48,869 bases of DNA. Origin: an uncultured Candidatus Rokubacteria bacterium (lineage in GTDB: Bacteria > Methylomirabilota > Methylomirabilia > Rokubacteriales > DASRDR01). The DNA is taken from contig CAVPSB010000038.1 in assembly GCA_963708025.1 (NCBI GenBank), forward strand, positions 1 to 48,869. The letters run 5' to 3'. Below the pieces are notes generated by a model that ran no database searches, was not told the origin of the DNA, and saw only the letters and a program-made list of their open reading frames with translations. A program made the position numbers and the translations under genes. Of the stretch, positions 1 through 9,558 are shown in pieces. Within the stretch, counting starts at the first letter, position 1; each line of letters opens with the position of its first letter.

Positions 1-379
1 GGTCGTTTCCCAGGGGGGCCGGCGGACAAAGTCAGCCCTGACCCACTCGACCTCGATACTGCGCGGCCGACGCGGCCGGCGTCAAGGACGGTACCGGCCG
101 GCACCCGCCGTACCCCGAGCTTTGGGAGTCCCCAGGCGAGGGGGCAGGGAGGCGCGGCGGGCCCCGATCCGCCGCGGCGGATCGAGAGGCCTGGTTCCCC
201 TCGTGGAGATCAGGAGGCCGGCCGCTGCAGTTCGCGACGGGATGCTATGTTTCGCAGCGATCAGCACTCCCGGAGGTCGGTGACGGCGGGCTGCGATGCG
301 CGGCTCATTCATATGATTCGATGGCGAGTTGCAAGGCGCATCGACATCGTGATCGGCACTGGCACGCGACCCGGCCTGG

Positions 380-592
380 ATGCTGGCCAAGCTCGAGCGC
401 CTCGACGACCTCCTGCGGCCGGAGCCGGCCCCGGGCCAACGCCGAGATCGCCAAGCACCTGGACGGGGAGCTGACCGTGCGACCCCTGCCCACGACGGGA
501 CGCGAGCGTCGGGCCGACATCCGCGGGCGGGCCAAACTGAACAGCCTCCTGGAGGGCCAGGAGGCTGTTTGCGGTGGTTGCGGGGGCTGGAT
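380..592 (+). pseudogene. Probable C-terminal remnant of a recombinase, frameshifted, reading into a tRNA-derived att site
   Basis: Two frames join near 430 (LAKLERLDDLLR / RANAEIAKHLDGELTVRPLP...LNSLLEGQEAVCGGCGG). The tail is read from the antisense of a tRNA 3' end, a pattern typical of element-terminal recombinase ORFs. No catalytic motif is visible. Confidence 0.35.
575..592 (-). other. 3'-terminal fragment of initiator tRNA-Met (att-like site)
   Basis: Minus strand reads ATCCAGCCCCCGCAACCA, matching the tRNA-fMet T-stem/acceptor 3' end with CCA. The rest of the tRNA is absent. Confidence 0.6.
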
Positions 593-702
593 ATGCAGAA
601 TGTCACACGACTCCCACTACATACTGGATTGATCTTATACGACGGTGACTTACGGAAGCCACCGCCGAACGACAGGGTGCCTGCACGCCCGCACGTCCGG
701 GG

Positions 703-738
703 CACGGGTTCGAATCCCCAACGGGATTCGAACCCGTG
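703..738. repeat. Perfect 16-bp inverted repeat with a 4-nt spacer
   Basis: CACGGGTTCGAATCCC-caac-GGGATTCGAACCCGTG. Confidence 0.9.
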
Positions 739-746
739 TTTCAGCC
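715..746 (-). other. 3'-half fragment of tRNA-Glu (att-like site)
   Basis: Minus strand reads GGCTGAAACACGGGTTCGAATCCCGTTGGGGA: variable loop, T-arm GGTTCGAATCC and an acceptor strand of tRNA-Glu type. No D-arm or anticodon loop. Confidence 0.7.
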
Positions 747-881
747 GCGATCACATTTTCGCCAATTTCCAAGCCATCTTCGGCCTTGTTGAGTTCCGAC
801 GAAACGATCGAGGCTAAAACCGCGCCGCGTCGCGTCGTAGCGCACCGAAGCCGAGACTGGCGGCGGGCGCACAGCATCAGG

Positions 882-1253
882 ATGGCCGCCGCGATCGACG
901 CCGCCATCCGGGCTGAGGACTGGCAGGCCCCGGTGAAAGTCGTCCCCTTCGACCTCGACGCCGGGATCGCGCGGCCGGAGCGGCAGCACCCCGGCTTTGG
1001 CTGGCGGGTCGAGGTGCTAGTTGCCATGATGCGGCTCGAACAGGATCTCATCGGACTCCGGGAGGCGCGTGGCCTCTCACCGGCCCAGCTCGCCCACCGG
1101 ATAGGCGTGACGCGCCAGGCGGTCCAGGCGGCCGAATGAGGCGGCGCGGCTCGCCTCACTGTGCAGTGGCTGCTCCGGCAGATCCTGGCGCTCGGCGGCC
1201 GACTCGCGGTGCGGAAAGCCGCCGGAGCGCGGTGGGGAAAGCGGCGGCCGTAG
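882..1253 (+). pseudogene. XRE-family HTH protein (antitoxin-like) with an internal stop
   Basis: LREARGLSPAQLAHRIGVTRQAVQAAE*GGAARLTVQWLLRQILALGGRLAV. The HTH_3 pattern continues in frame past the TGA at 1137-1139 to TAG at 1251-1253. Confidence 0.6.
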
Positions 1254-1744
1254 GGAGGTGGCGGTGGTGGAGCTGAAGGCGCATGTGCTGGACCCGCGCT
1301 GGTTCGCGCGCTCGAAACGCGCCGGGCCGATGGCCAAGGCCACCTCACGGTCCGGCCGATCTTCGACGACGCCCCCATCGACCTCACTGCGGTCGACCGC
1401 GTCGTCGGAGTTCTCCCGGCGATTCCCGGGACGGTTAAGGTCTCTGGCTTGATAACGACCGAGCCGACAACCATGGGCAACTCCCGCAGGGTGTCACTGA
1501 CTACGCCTCGCTGGGCATCGCCGTGCCTGGTAACGTGGAGCCGGATTGGGAAGAGGAGCGGCTCCGCATAGCTCGCGGCCGGGAGCCTCGCACGCCCCTG
1601 CTGGGCCCCGCCCCCCGCCAGTCGGCACGACGCGGCGGGCCTCACGAGAGGTAGGCGCTCCGGGCCACGCGCCGCTCGGGCGGACGGGAGGGTTGGCGGT
1701 GACGTCAGCGCCGGACTCGAGACGGGCGCCAGTGGCGTGTACGT

Positions 1745-1950
1745 TCCGAGATCTCGCGCCAGCTGGAGCAAGTTCGGCCGGAGCAGATGGAGCGCCGCCA
1801 GGGCGAGCACCGCGCAGTCGAGGGCATTGGTTCTCAGCGCGGACCTGCACCCAGACCTGGTAGGCGATTCCAGCCTTGGTGCGGCGGGTGACGGACTGCT
1901 CCGCGGTGAGCTGCGCGACGAGAGCTTCGTCGACCGCGTCAACATCCGGC
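1745..1950 (-). pseudogene. Phage terminase large subunit (GpA-like) C-terminal remnant
   Basis: DEALVAQLTAEQSVTRRTKAGIAYQVWVQVRAEN, then a 1-nt frameshift near 1828, then ALDCAVLALAALHLL. This matches the GpA C-terminal QLTAE...W...N(E/H)ALDC.V.A.AA pattern. Confidence 0.65.
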
Positions 1951-2828
1951 TTCGACGCCGACTTCGTCAGCCCGACCTGGAAATCGACGGATGGTTGGCG
2001 GACTGTAGGGTGCCAACCTTCCCGCGTGCGCTGGGTCCACATCTCGGCGACGACGCAGGTCTCGGGCCCGTCGTCGGCCTGGTGAACCTTGTTCCTGGCG
2101 GGCGACTGGCTCCGGACCGGAAATCGACGCGGGCTGCATGGAGGCCGGCCTGCATCGGGGGGCTCCAGGCAGGGCGAGCCATCTGCGGCACGGACGAGCC
2201 GATTCCCGGCGGGACCGACCTCTGATCGGCCCCGGACGCACTACCACAGCGAGGCGAGGCTCGCGGCGGTAGGGCTGGACTACCGAGAGTGAGGCGTCCA
2301 GACGATGGCCGGGGCCCGCCGGCCGGCTGCCAATCACCCCCGAGGGCAGGCCAGGGGCGTCGGTCGTTGACAGTGGCATGTCGCCCCGATCGCTTCCGAG
2401 TGTTTGAGGACCCTGCTAGGCTGAGAATCTGGCATGCCGCTACGAGCCGATGATCCGTGCCGTGATGACTTGCCGATCGGCGTTGGCAGCATTGCCAGGT
2501 GAGTTATCCAGCGGGCGGCCCTTGGATCCAGACTGATCCAGGAGGGGAGGGGGGCTCATGACACTTGATCTCGAGGATGCCGAGACGCTCCTTCCCGGAG
2601 AGCCCGCCCGGCTCGGCCGCATAGGCGTCCGGCATTTCACTTCCTCCGCCATGCACGCGCATCGGCGAGGTCGAGGAAGCGCTACGCTCGTTCGGCGTGC
2701 GCCTGAGCCGGACACGGATCAGTCAGAGCAACCTTCTCGCGTCGCTAGCTCGGGCGCCGTGGGTCGCGGGTAAAGTAAAGTGCCCCGAGCCGTGTTCGCG
2801 CCGGTGGTGACCTGAATGAGTAGGTAGG

Positions 2829-5546
2829 ATGGACGACGCCCTGCCGCCCGAGCTCAAGAGCGCCAGTTCCTATCGAATCGACCATCTTTCCGAAGCGGAC
2901 GCTCTGGCGAGCCTGAACAGTACGCCGCAGGGCTTGTCCACCGCTGAAGCCCGCCGCCGGCTTCGAGAATTCGGTCCCAACCGTGTAGAAGAGGTGCGTC
3001 ACGAGCATCCGCTGCTGCGCTTCTTCAACGGGCTCACCCACTTCTTCGCGCTGATCTTGTGGGTGGCCGCCGCGCTGGCGTTCTTTGCCGAATGGAGCGC
3101 GCCCGGCGAAGGGATGGCGAAGGTCGGGTACGCCATCGTCGTCGTGATCTTGGTCAGCGCCGTATTCTCGTTCTGGCAGGAGTACCGGGCCGAGCAGACT
3201 CTCGCGGCGTTACGCCAGCTGCTGCCGCAACAGGCCGCGATTGTCCGTGAGGGCAAGGTGGTCGAGCTGCCCATCGAGCAGCTCGTCCCCGGGGACATCG
3301 TATTGCTCGAGCAAGGCGATCACATTTCGGCGGACTGCCGGCTCATCGAGGCGTTCAGCGTCCGTGTCAACAACGCGATCATCACCGGCGAGTCGCTGCC
3401 GCAGGTCCGTGAGGCGGGTCCCTGTACCGACGACGAGCTGCTCTACGCCCGGAACATACTCCTCGCCGGCACATCGATGGTGTCGGGCCAGGGGAGAGCC
3501 GTTGTCTTCGCCACCGGGATGCAGACCCAAATTGGCAAGATCGCCTATCTCACCCAGACCGCCGCCGAGCCCGTGTCTCCGCTACGCACGGAAATCGAGC
3601 ATCTGAGTCGATGGATCGGGATCCTTGCGGTGCTGATCGGCGTGCTCTTTTTCGTGGTCGGTCGGTTCAGCGGCGTGCCGTTCTGGAACGCCTTCATCTT
3701 CGCGATCGGCATCATCGTCGCCATGGTGCCGGAAGGGCTGCTGCCGACACTGACGCTGGCCTTGGTGCTGGCCACCCAGCGCATGGCCCGGCGGAACGTG
3801 CTCATCCGGAGGTTGCCCTCGATCGGAACCCTCGGGGCGACGACCGTGATCTGCACCGACAAGACCGGCACGTTGACGCAGAACCGCATGGTGGTGGAAC
3901 AGATCCTCCTCGGAGAGCGACGCTACGCCGCGGCCGCGGTCGCGGCAGAGCAGACGTTGGCTCAGCGTTACTTGCCGTTCTTCTTGATCGCGCGACTCTG
4001 TCACGACCTCAAAGAAGGCGAGCAAGGGGGAGCGCCGATCTTCATGGGGGACCCCATGGAGATCGCGCTCGTCGAGATGGCGCAGATGGTCTTGCCGACC
4101 ATGGTCGAGCCCCCTCGTGCGGACGAGGTCCCGTTCGACGCCGACCGCATGCGGATGTCCACCGTCCACATATTGCGCGACGGCCCACTGCTGTGTTGCA
4201 AGGGAGCGCCCGAGACCGTCACCCCGCTGTGCAATCGCCTTCTGGTCGATGGCGAACCCCTCCCGTTCACGCCCGAGCTACGCGGCAAGATCCTGGCCGC
4301 GCAGGAGGCGATGGGGGAGCGGGGCCTGCGTGTGCTGGCCTTCGCCTATCGCCCGCTGGAGTCGGGGTGGAAGCACGAATCACTGGAGCAGGATCTCGTG
4401 TGTGCTGGATTGGTCGCCTTGCAGGATCCGCCGCGGCCGGAGGTCCCGAACGCGCTCGGCAAATGCCGCGAGGCCGGCGTCCGCGTGATCATGACGACCG
4501 GGGACAATCCCCGGACCGCGCTCGCGATCGCCCGGGACGTCGGCCTGGCCCATTCCGCAGACACGCGGGTGATTACGGGCGACCAGCTGCGGGGTCTCTC
4601 CGACATCCAGCTACGCGTGGCGCTGGATTCGCCCGAGGTCATCTTCGCTCGGGTCGGCGCCGATCAGAAGATGCGTATCGTCAACGCCCTGAAGCAGAAG
4701 GACCAAGTTGTCGCGGTGACGGGCGATGGCGTGAACGACGCTCCGGCGCTGAAGAGCGCCGACGTCGGTATCGCCATGGGCATCATGGGGACCGACGTGG
4801 CGAAAGAAGCGGCCGACATGGTGTTGCTGGACGACAACTTCGCCAGCATCGTCAACGCCATCGAGGAAGGGCGCGCGGTGTTCGAGAACATCCGGAAGTT
4901 TCTCACGTACATCCTGGCGCACAATGTTCCCGAGCTGGTCCCCTACCTCGCCTTTTCGCTGCTTCCGATCCCATTGCCGCTCACGCCGATCCAGATCCTT
5001 ACGATCGACATGGGCACCGATTCGCTGACGGCTCTCGGACTCGGCGTGGAAGCGCCGGCTCCCCACGTCATGCAGCGACCGCCGCGTTCACGAAGCGAGC
5101 GGCTGTTCAACTGGCCGCTGGCCATGCGGGCGTATCTGTTCCTGGGTCTGATTGAAGCCGGAGCGGCCATGGCGACGTTCTTCTTCGTACTCCATCGCGG
5201 GGGGTGGTCGTACGGTGAGCCGTTGGCGCACAATCATCCGCTCTATCTGCAAGCGACCACGGCGTGCTTGAGCGCCGTCATCGTCATGCAGATCGTGAAC
5301 GTGTTCTCGTGCCGCAGCGCGAACCGGTCGGTGTTCTCGACAGGGCTGCTGGGAAATCCGTTGATCCTCTGGGGGGTCTTGTTGGAGATTGTCCTGATTC
5401 TGCTGATCGACTACACGTCCTGGGCGAATCGCCTCCTCGCGACCGCGCCCATCGGAGGGCACGTGTGGCTGTTCATCGCGCCGTTCGGCGTCGGTCTCCT
5501 GGTGCTGGAGGAGCTGCGGAAGTACCTTGTAGACCGCAAACGTTGA
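2829..5546 (+). CDS. Cation-transporting P-type ATPase (type II, Na,K/H,K-like P2C features)
   Basis: 905 aa. Motifs TGES, PEGLLPT, DKTGTLT (phospho-Asp), KGAPE, DPPR, TGDN, GDGVNDAPALK, and multiple hydrophobic segments. Confidence 0.95.
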   Translation: MDDALPPELKSASSYRIDHLSEADALASLNSTPQGLSTAEARRRLREFGPNRVEEVRHEHPLLRFFNGLTHFFALILWVAAALAFFAEWSAPGEGMAKVGYAIVVVILVSAVFSFWQEYRAEQTLAALRQLLPQQAAIVREGKVVELPIEQLVPGDIVLLEQGDHISADCRLIEAFSVRVNNAIITGESLPQVREAGPCTDDELLYARNILLAGTSMVSGQGRAVVFATGMQTQIGKIAYLTQTAAEPVSPLRTEIEHLSRWIGILAVLIGVLFFVVGRFSGVPFWNAFIFAIGIIVAMVPEGLLPTLTLALVLATQRMARRNVLIRRLPSIGTLGATTVICTDKTGTLTQNRMVVEQILLGERRYAAAAVAAEQTLAQRYLPFFLIARLCHDLKEGEQGGAPIFMGDPMEIALVEMAQMVLPTMVEPPRADEVPFDADRMRMSTVHILRDGPLLCCKGAPETVTPLCNRLLVDGEPLPFTPELRGKILAAQEAMGERGLRVLAFAYRPLESGWKHESLEQDLVCAGLVALQDPPRPEVPNALGKCREAGVRVIMTTGDNPRTALAIARDVGLAHSADTRVITGDQLRGLSDIQLRVALDSPEVIFARVGADQKMRIVNALKQKDQVVAVTGDGVNDAPALKSADVGIAMGIMGTDVAKEAADMVLLDDNFASIVNAIEEGRAVFENIRKFLTYILAHNVPELVPYLAFSLLPIPLPLTPIQILTIDMGTDSLTALGLGVEAPAPHVMQRPPRSRSERLFNWPLAMRAYLFLGLIEAGAAMATFFFVLHRGGWSYGEPLAHNHPLYLQATTACLSAVIVMQIVNVFSCRSANRSVFSTGLLGNPLILWGVLLEIVLILLIDYTSWANRLLATAPIGGHVWLFIAPFGVGLLVLEELRKYLVDRKR

Positions 5547-6306
5547 GCGATCGCGCGAGCGGCGCGGGCCTCCGGTCGGTACAAAGGCCGAGCGAGGCTC
5601 TCCCGTTGGTTGAATCCCGCCGGCCTTGCAGAGTCGCGGGCTCTACTTTCCCGTCAGGGCCCGACGCGACTAAAACCTGCAGCCTAAATTCCCTGACACC
5701 TGGGCAGGGTAAGGTGGTCGATGTCAGTGTCGGGAGGTCCTTCGGTCGCTGGTTTGTTGCGGGGGGGCGCTTTGGACGGCCTGTAAACCGAGTCTCGAGT
5801 TTCGGTTTGAAGTTGCCGTCCCGTTCCGATCGCCCTGAGCCCCTCGCTGGCGGCCCCGAAGTGCCTCATGCCTTCGGCTACTGGCTGCAACGGGCGAACC
5901 CGCGTACATCCGGCCACCACTGGCCACCACCGCCCTTGCCGGTCCGCCCCAAGACGCGCTACACTTCCGGTCACGCTGGCGATTCGCCGATGGATCAGCT
6001 GGCATCACGCGGGCGCGGAGTGGTGTCCGCAGAGATGTGCTTTGCGCCGCCTAGCTTCCGTCAAGTCTGCCAACGGCGCCATAACGCCTCAGACGGTGAA
6101 CTCCTACACTTGCTGGAACGCCGATCAGGGATGCACTCTTGCTGGGTCCCAACACCCGAGGCGCCGATGGCGCCGGCGGCAAGAGGAGCGTCCCCGATGG
6201 GGTCGAGGATACCTGGGTCCGCGGCTGGAGGCGTTGCTGAAGGAGGGCGTGGCCGACGGCGATGCGCGGACCCAGTTGTTCAAGCTGGCCGTTCGCAAGA
6301 TCGGCT

Positions 6307-6575
6307 CGAGCACCCACAAGACGCCCCTCATTCACCGCTGGCTGCTGCGGCGTCCGCGCTTTTATCTCCACTTCACGCCGACCGGTGCGTCCTGACTGAA
6401 CCTCGTCGAGCGCTGCTTCGCTGAATTGACAGAGAAGCAGCTGCGCCGCAGCACCCATTCCAGCACCCGTGCCTTGGTCACCGCAATCCGCCAGTACCTT
6501 GCGCTGACCAACGGCGCGCCCAAGCCCTTCCGGTGGACCAAGGCCGCCGACGAGATCCTGGCGAGCGTGGCCTGA
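6307..6575 (+). pseudogene. IS630-family transposase C-terminal remnant
   Basis: STHKTPLIHRWLLRRPRFYLHFTPTGAS*LNLVERCFAELTEKQLRR...PKPFRWTKAADEILAS. Classic IS630 HFTPT.ASWLN.VERWF motif, with Trp replaced by TGA at 6393. Confidence 0.85.
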
Positions 6576-7752
6576 AGGGTACACTTTATTCGTGATCGGC
6601 GTGGCGGTCAGTAGGCGGGTAGGGTTGGACAGCATCTCAGGAGCTGGAGGGCCTGCATGGGGCGGTCTGTTTTGGTCCTGGTCCTGCAGCGCGTCCTCGC
6701 GCTACTCGTGCGGAGGAGCGAGGACGCGAAGGATCTGGAGATCGTAGTCCTTCGTCACCAACTTCAAATACTGCGGCGGCAAGTCGGCCGTCCTCGGTTT
6801 CGGTGGAGCGATCGCCTCTTCCTCGCCGCGGCGAGCCGCCACTTGGCGCGGGAGACTTGGCGCCCCTTCCTCGTGACGCCCCAGACCGTGCTCCGTTGGC
6901 ACCGTGAGCTCGTCCGACGCAAGTGGTCCCACGGCATCGGCCGCCCGTCGGGCCGACCGTCCCTCGACGAAGCGACGCGGGCGTTGATTCTCAGGTTGGC
7001 TCGCGAGAACCCGCGGTGGGGCTATCAGCGGATTCGAGGGGAACTGGCGAAGCTGGGTCTCCGAGTATCGGCTACCGCGATCCGGACCCTCTTGGGCCGC
7101 CACGGGCTCGGGCCGGCTCCCCGCCAAGGCGGGCCGAGTTGGCGGGCGTTCCTGCACCAGCAGGCGGCGAGCGTCCTGGCCTGTGACTTCTTGACGGTCG
7201 AGACGATGTGGCTCAAAACGCTCTACGTGCTGTTCTTCATCGAGCTGGGGAGCCGGCGGGTGCTCCTCGGGGGCTGCACGGCGAACCCCGACGCCGCCTG
7301 GGTCACCCAGCAGGCGCGGAATCTCGCTCGGGAGCGGCCCGACGCTGAGGGCCCGGTGCGGTTCCTGGTACGCGACCGGGATAGCAAGTTCACCCGGGCG
7401 TTTGATGAGGTCTTCCGGAGCGAGGCCGTCCGGGTTCTCCGCACACCCGTGCGAGCACCCCGGGCCAATGCGTACGCCGAACGCTGGGTCCGGACGGTGC
7501 GGACGGAGTGTCTCGACTGGCTCCTCATCCTGAATCGGACGCATCTGGAACGGGTGCTCCGAATCTACGTCCGCCATTACAACCACCAACGACCTCACCG
7601 AGGGCTCGGGATGGTCACACCCGAGGGACGGCGCCAGCCGGCGCCGATCGCCTCCGCGGCGCGCGTGAAGGTGTGTCGGCGCGATCTCCTCGGTGGTCTA
7701 CTGCACGAATATTACTCGGCCGCCGCATGAACCGGGGTTTGTGCACCCTTCA
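6573..7752 (+). mobile_element. Insertion sequence (IS3/IS481-like DDE integrase-core element), about 1180 bp
   Basis: Terminal inverted repeats TGAAGGGTACAC (6573) and GTGCACCCTTCA (7741-7752), 11/12 matched, with 5'-TG..CA-3' ends around a single transposase ORF. No clear target-site duplication. Confidence 0.85.
6657..7730 (+). CDS. Integrase core domain (rve) DDE transposase
   Basis: ENPRWGYQRIRGEL, ACDFLTV, LVRDRDSKF, NAYAERWVRTVRTECLD, HYNHQRPHRGL. Confidence 0.92.
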   Translation: MGRSVLVLVLQRVLALLVRRSEDAKDLEIVVLRHQLQILRRQVGRPRFRWSDRLFLAAASRHLARETWRPFLVTPQTVLRWHRELVRRKWSHGIGRPSGRPSLDEATRALILRLARENPRWGYQRIRGELAKLGLRVSATAIRTLLGRHGLGPAPRQGGPSWRAFLHQQAASVLACDFLTVETMWLKTLYVLFFIELGSRRVLLGGCTANPDAAWVTQQARNLARERPDAEGPVRFLVRDRDSKFTRAFDEVFRSEAVRVLRTPVRAPRANAYAERWVRTVRTECLDWLLILNRTHLERVLRIYVRHYNHQRPHRGLGMVTPEGRRQPAPIASAARVKVCRRDLLGGLLHEYYSAAA

Positions 7753-7836
7753 CCCCGCCGGCGAAAGTGGTAGCAAAACGGTAGCAGCGGCCGCCAGCCG
7801 GCCCGAAACTCCTGGAAAGATTGGGCGCTCGGCGGC

Positions 7837-8940
7837 TCAGCCGCCGAGGAGCTTCTTCAGCGAGTCCAGGAAGCCGCCGACGAGCGGGCCCTGATCGGCG
7901 CCGCTCGTGGTCCGGTCGAACTCCTCGAGCAGCTCGCGCTGGCGGGCGGTGAGCTTGCTCGGCACCTCGACGACCACCCGGTAGCAGGCATCGCCCCGGC
8001 CGCGCGCCTGGAGCAGGGGCATGCCCCTGCCGGTGAGCCGGAGGATCTCGCCGTTCTGCGTGCCCCCCGGCACCTTCAGCTTCGCGGTCCCGTCGAGCGC
8101 CGGCACGTCCACGTCGGCGCCGAGGGCGGCCTGGGTGAAGGTCAGCGGCAGGGTGCAGAGGAGATCCTGGCCGTGGCGGGTGAAGAACGCGTGCTCGCGG
8201 ACGTGGACGGCCACGTAGAGATCGCCCGGCGGCGCCCCCCGCAGTCCCCCCTCGCCCTCGCCGGTGAGGCGGAGGCGCATGCCGTCCTCGATGCCGGGCG
8301 GGATCGTCACCTTGAGCGCGCGCTCGTGCGCCACCCGCCCCTCGCCTCGGCACGCCTTGCACGGATTCTTCGTGATCTGCCCCTCGCCCGCGCACTGGGG
8401 GCAGGTGCGGGCGACCGTCAGGAAGCCCTGCTGGTAGCGGAGCTGACCGTGTCCCTTGCACGTCGGGCACGGAACCCGCTTCGTGCCCGGCTCCACGCCC
8501 GACCCCTTGCACGCCTCGCAGCTCTCCGATCGCGGGATCTGGAGCCGCGTCTCGAGGCCCCCGGCCGCCTCCTCGAGGGTGATCTCGAGGTCGTACTGGA
8601 GGTCGTCCCCGCGCCGCCCGCGAGCCCGGCCACCGCCGCGGGCGCCGCCGGTGAAGAACCCCTCGAAGAGATCCTCGAAGAGACCGCCGAACCCGCCGAA
8701 GTCGACGCCGCCGGGCGGGAGATCGACCCGGCCGAAGCGGTCATACTGGGACCGCTTGTCGGGATCGGAGAGGACCGCGTACGCCTCGTTGATCGTCTTG
8801 AAGCGCTCCTCGGCCCCGCTGTCCCCGGGGTTCTTGTCGGGGTGGTGCTTCAGCGCGAGCTGGCGGAAGGCCTTCTTGATCTCGGCGTCGCTCGCATCGC
8901 GGGCCACGCCGAGAAGCTCGTAGTAGTCGGAGGTGGCCAC
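7837..8940 (-). CDS. dnaJ: Molecular chaperone DnaJ
   Basis: J-domain with HPD, G/F-rich region, four CxxCxGxG-type repeats, C-terminal domain. Confidence 0.97.
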   Translation of the reverse strand: MATSDYYELLGVARDASDAEIKKAFRQLALKHHPDKNPGDSGAEERFKTINEAYAVLSDPDKRSQYDRFGRVDLPPGGVDFGGFGGLFEDLFEGFFTGGARGGGRARGRRGDDLQYDLEITLEEAAGGLETRLQIPRSESCEACKGSGVEPGTKRVPCPTCKGHGQLRYQQGFLTVARTCPQCAGEGQITKNPCKACRGEGRVAHERALKVTIPPGIEDGMRLRLTGEGEGGLRGAPPGDLYVAVHVREHAFFTRHGQDLLCTLPLTFTQAALGADVDVPALDGTAKLKVPGGTQNGEILRLTGRGMPLLQARGRGDACYRVVVEVPSKLTARQRELLEEFDRTTSGADQGPLVGGFLDSLKKLLGG

Positions 8941-9005
8941 GGCCGATCAGCCCTCCACGCCCGCGCCGGTCGTGGCGCTCCGCGGGCCTCGCCCTCCGCG
9001 GGGAC

Positions 9006-9554
9006 TCAGGAGTCGGCCCCGTGGGGCTCCGGCGGCTCCACCGCAACCACCACGCGCGCCGGGCGAAGGACCCGATCGTGGAGCAGGTAGCCGCGCTGCA
9101 CTTCGTCCACGACGGTGTGGTCCGGGACATCCTCCCGCTCGACCCGGGCGACGGCCTCGTGGCGCTGGGGATCGAAAACCTCCCCGATGGCGCTGAAGGA
9201 GCGTACGCCGACGCGCTCGAGGGCCTTCAGGAACTCGCGGTGGATCAGCTCCACCCCGGCCCGGAAGCCACCCTCCCCGCCCGAGCCCGCCCCGGCGCCC
9301 AGGGCCCGGTCGAAGTTGTCGAGGGCGGGGAGGATCTCGCGGAGCAGCTCTTCCTGGGCCTGGCGGCGCCATTCCTCGCGCTCGCGCGCCACCCGCCGGC
9401 GGAAGTTGTCGAAGTCGGCGAGGGTCCGCAGGTAGCGGTCCTGGGCCTCGGCCGCCTGCCGGGCCTTGGCGTCGATCTCGGCCCGGAGGGACTCCAGTGT
9501 GTCCTCGGTGGAGGCGGGGCCGCCGGTGTCGGAGGCGAAGCGATCGTCTGCCAT
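9006..9554 (-). CDS. grpE: Nucleotide exchange factor GrpE
   Basis: YLRTLADFDNFRRR, FDPQRHEAV, QRGYLLHDRVLRPARVVV. ATG at 9554, just after the hrcA stop. Confidence 0.95.
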   Translation of the reverse strand: MADDRFASDTGGPASTEDTLESLRAEIDAKARQAAEAQDRYLRTLADFDNFRRRVAREREEWRRQAQEELLREILPALDNFDRALGAGAGSGGEGGFRAGVELIHREFLKALERVGVRSFSAIGEVFDPQRHEAVARVEREDVPDHTVVDEVQRGYLLHDRVLRPARVVVAVEPPEPHGADS

Positions 9555-9558
9555 GGGG

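Noticed and set aside
690-760. Complete tRNA gene
   Set aside because: Only the T-arm and acceptor 3' side are present. No D-arm, anticodon loop or 5' acceptor strand on either strand.
650-1945. 431-aa minus-strand ORF as one gene
   Set aside because: Only the short ALDCAVLALAA segment resembles a known protein. The rest is read-through across unrelated remnants.
2558-2773. Short ORF with a strong purine-rich RBS upstream of the ATPase
   Set aside because: No recognisable motif, so it cannot be supported as a gene from sequence alone.
5770-5810. Similarity to the RNase P RNA 3' end (minus-strand ACTCGGTTTACAGGCCG) and a 7-bp inverted repeat
   Set aside because: The match is short and imperfect, with no other rnpB conserved regions such as GAGGAAAGTCC nearby.
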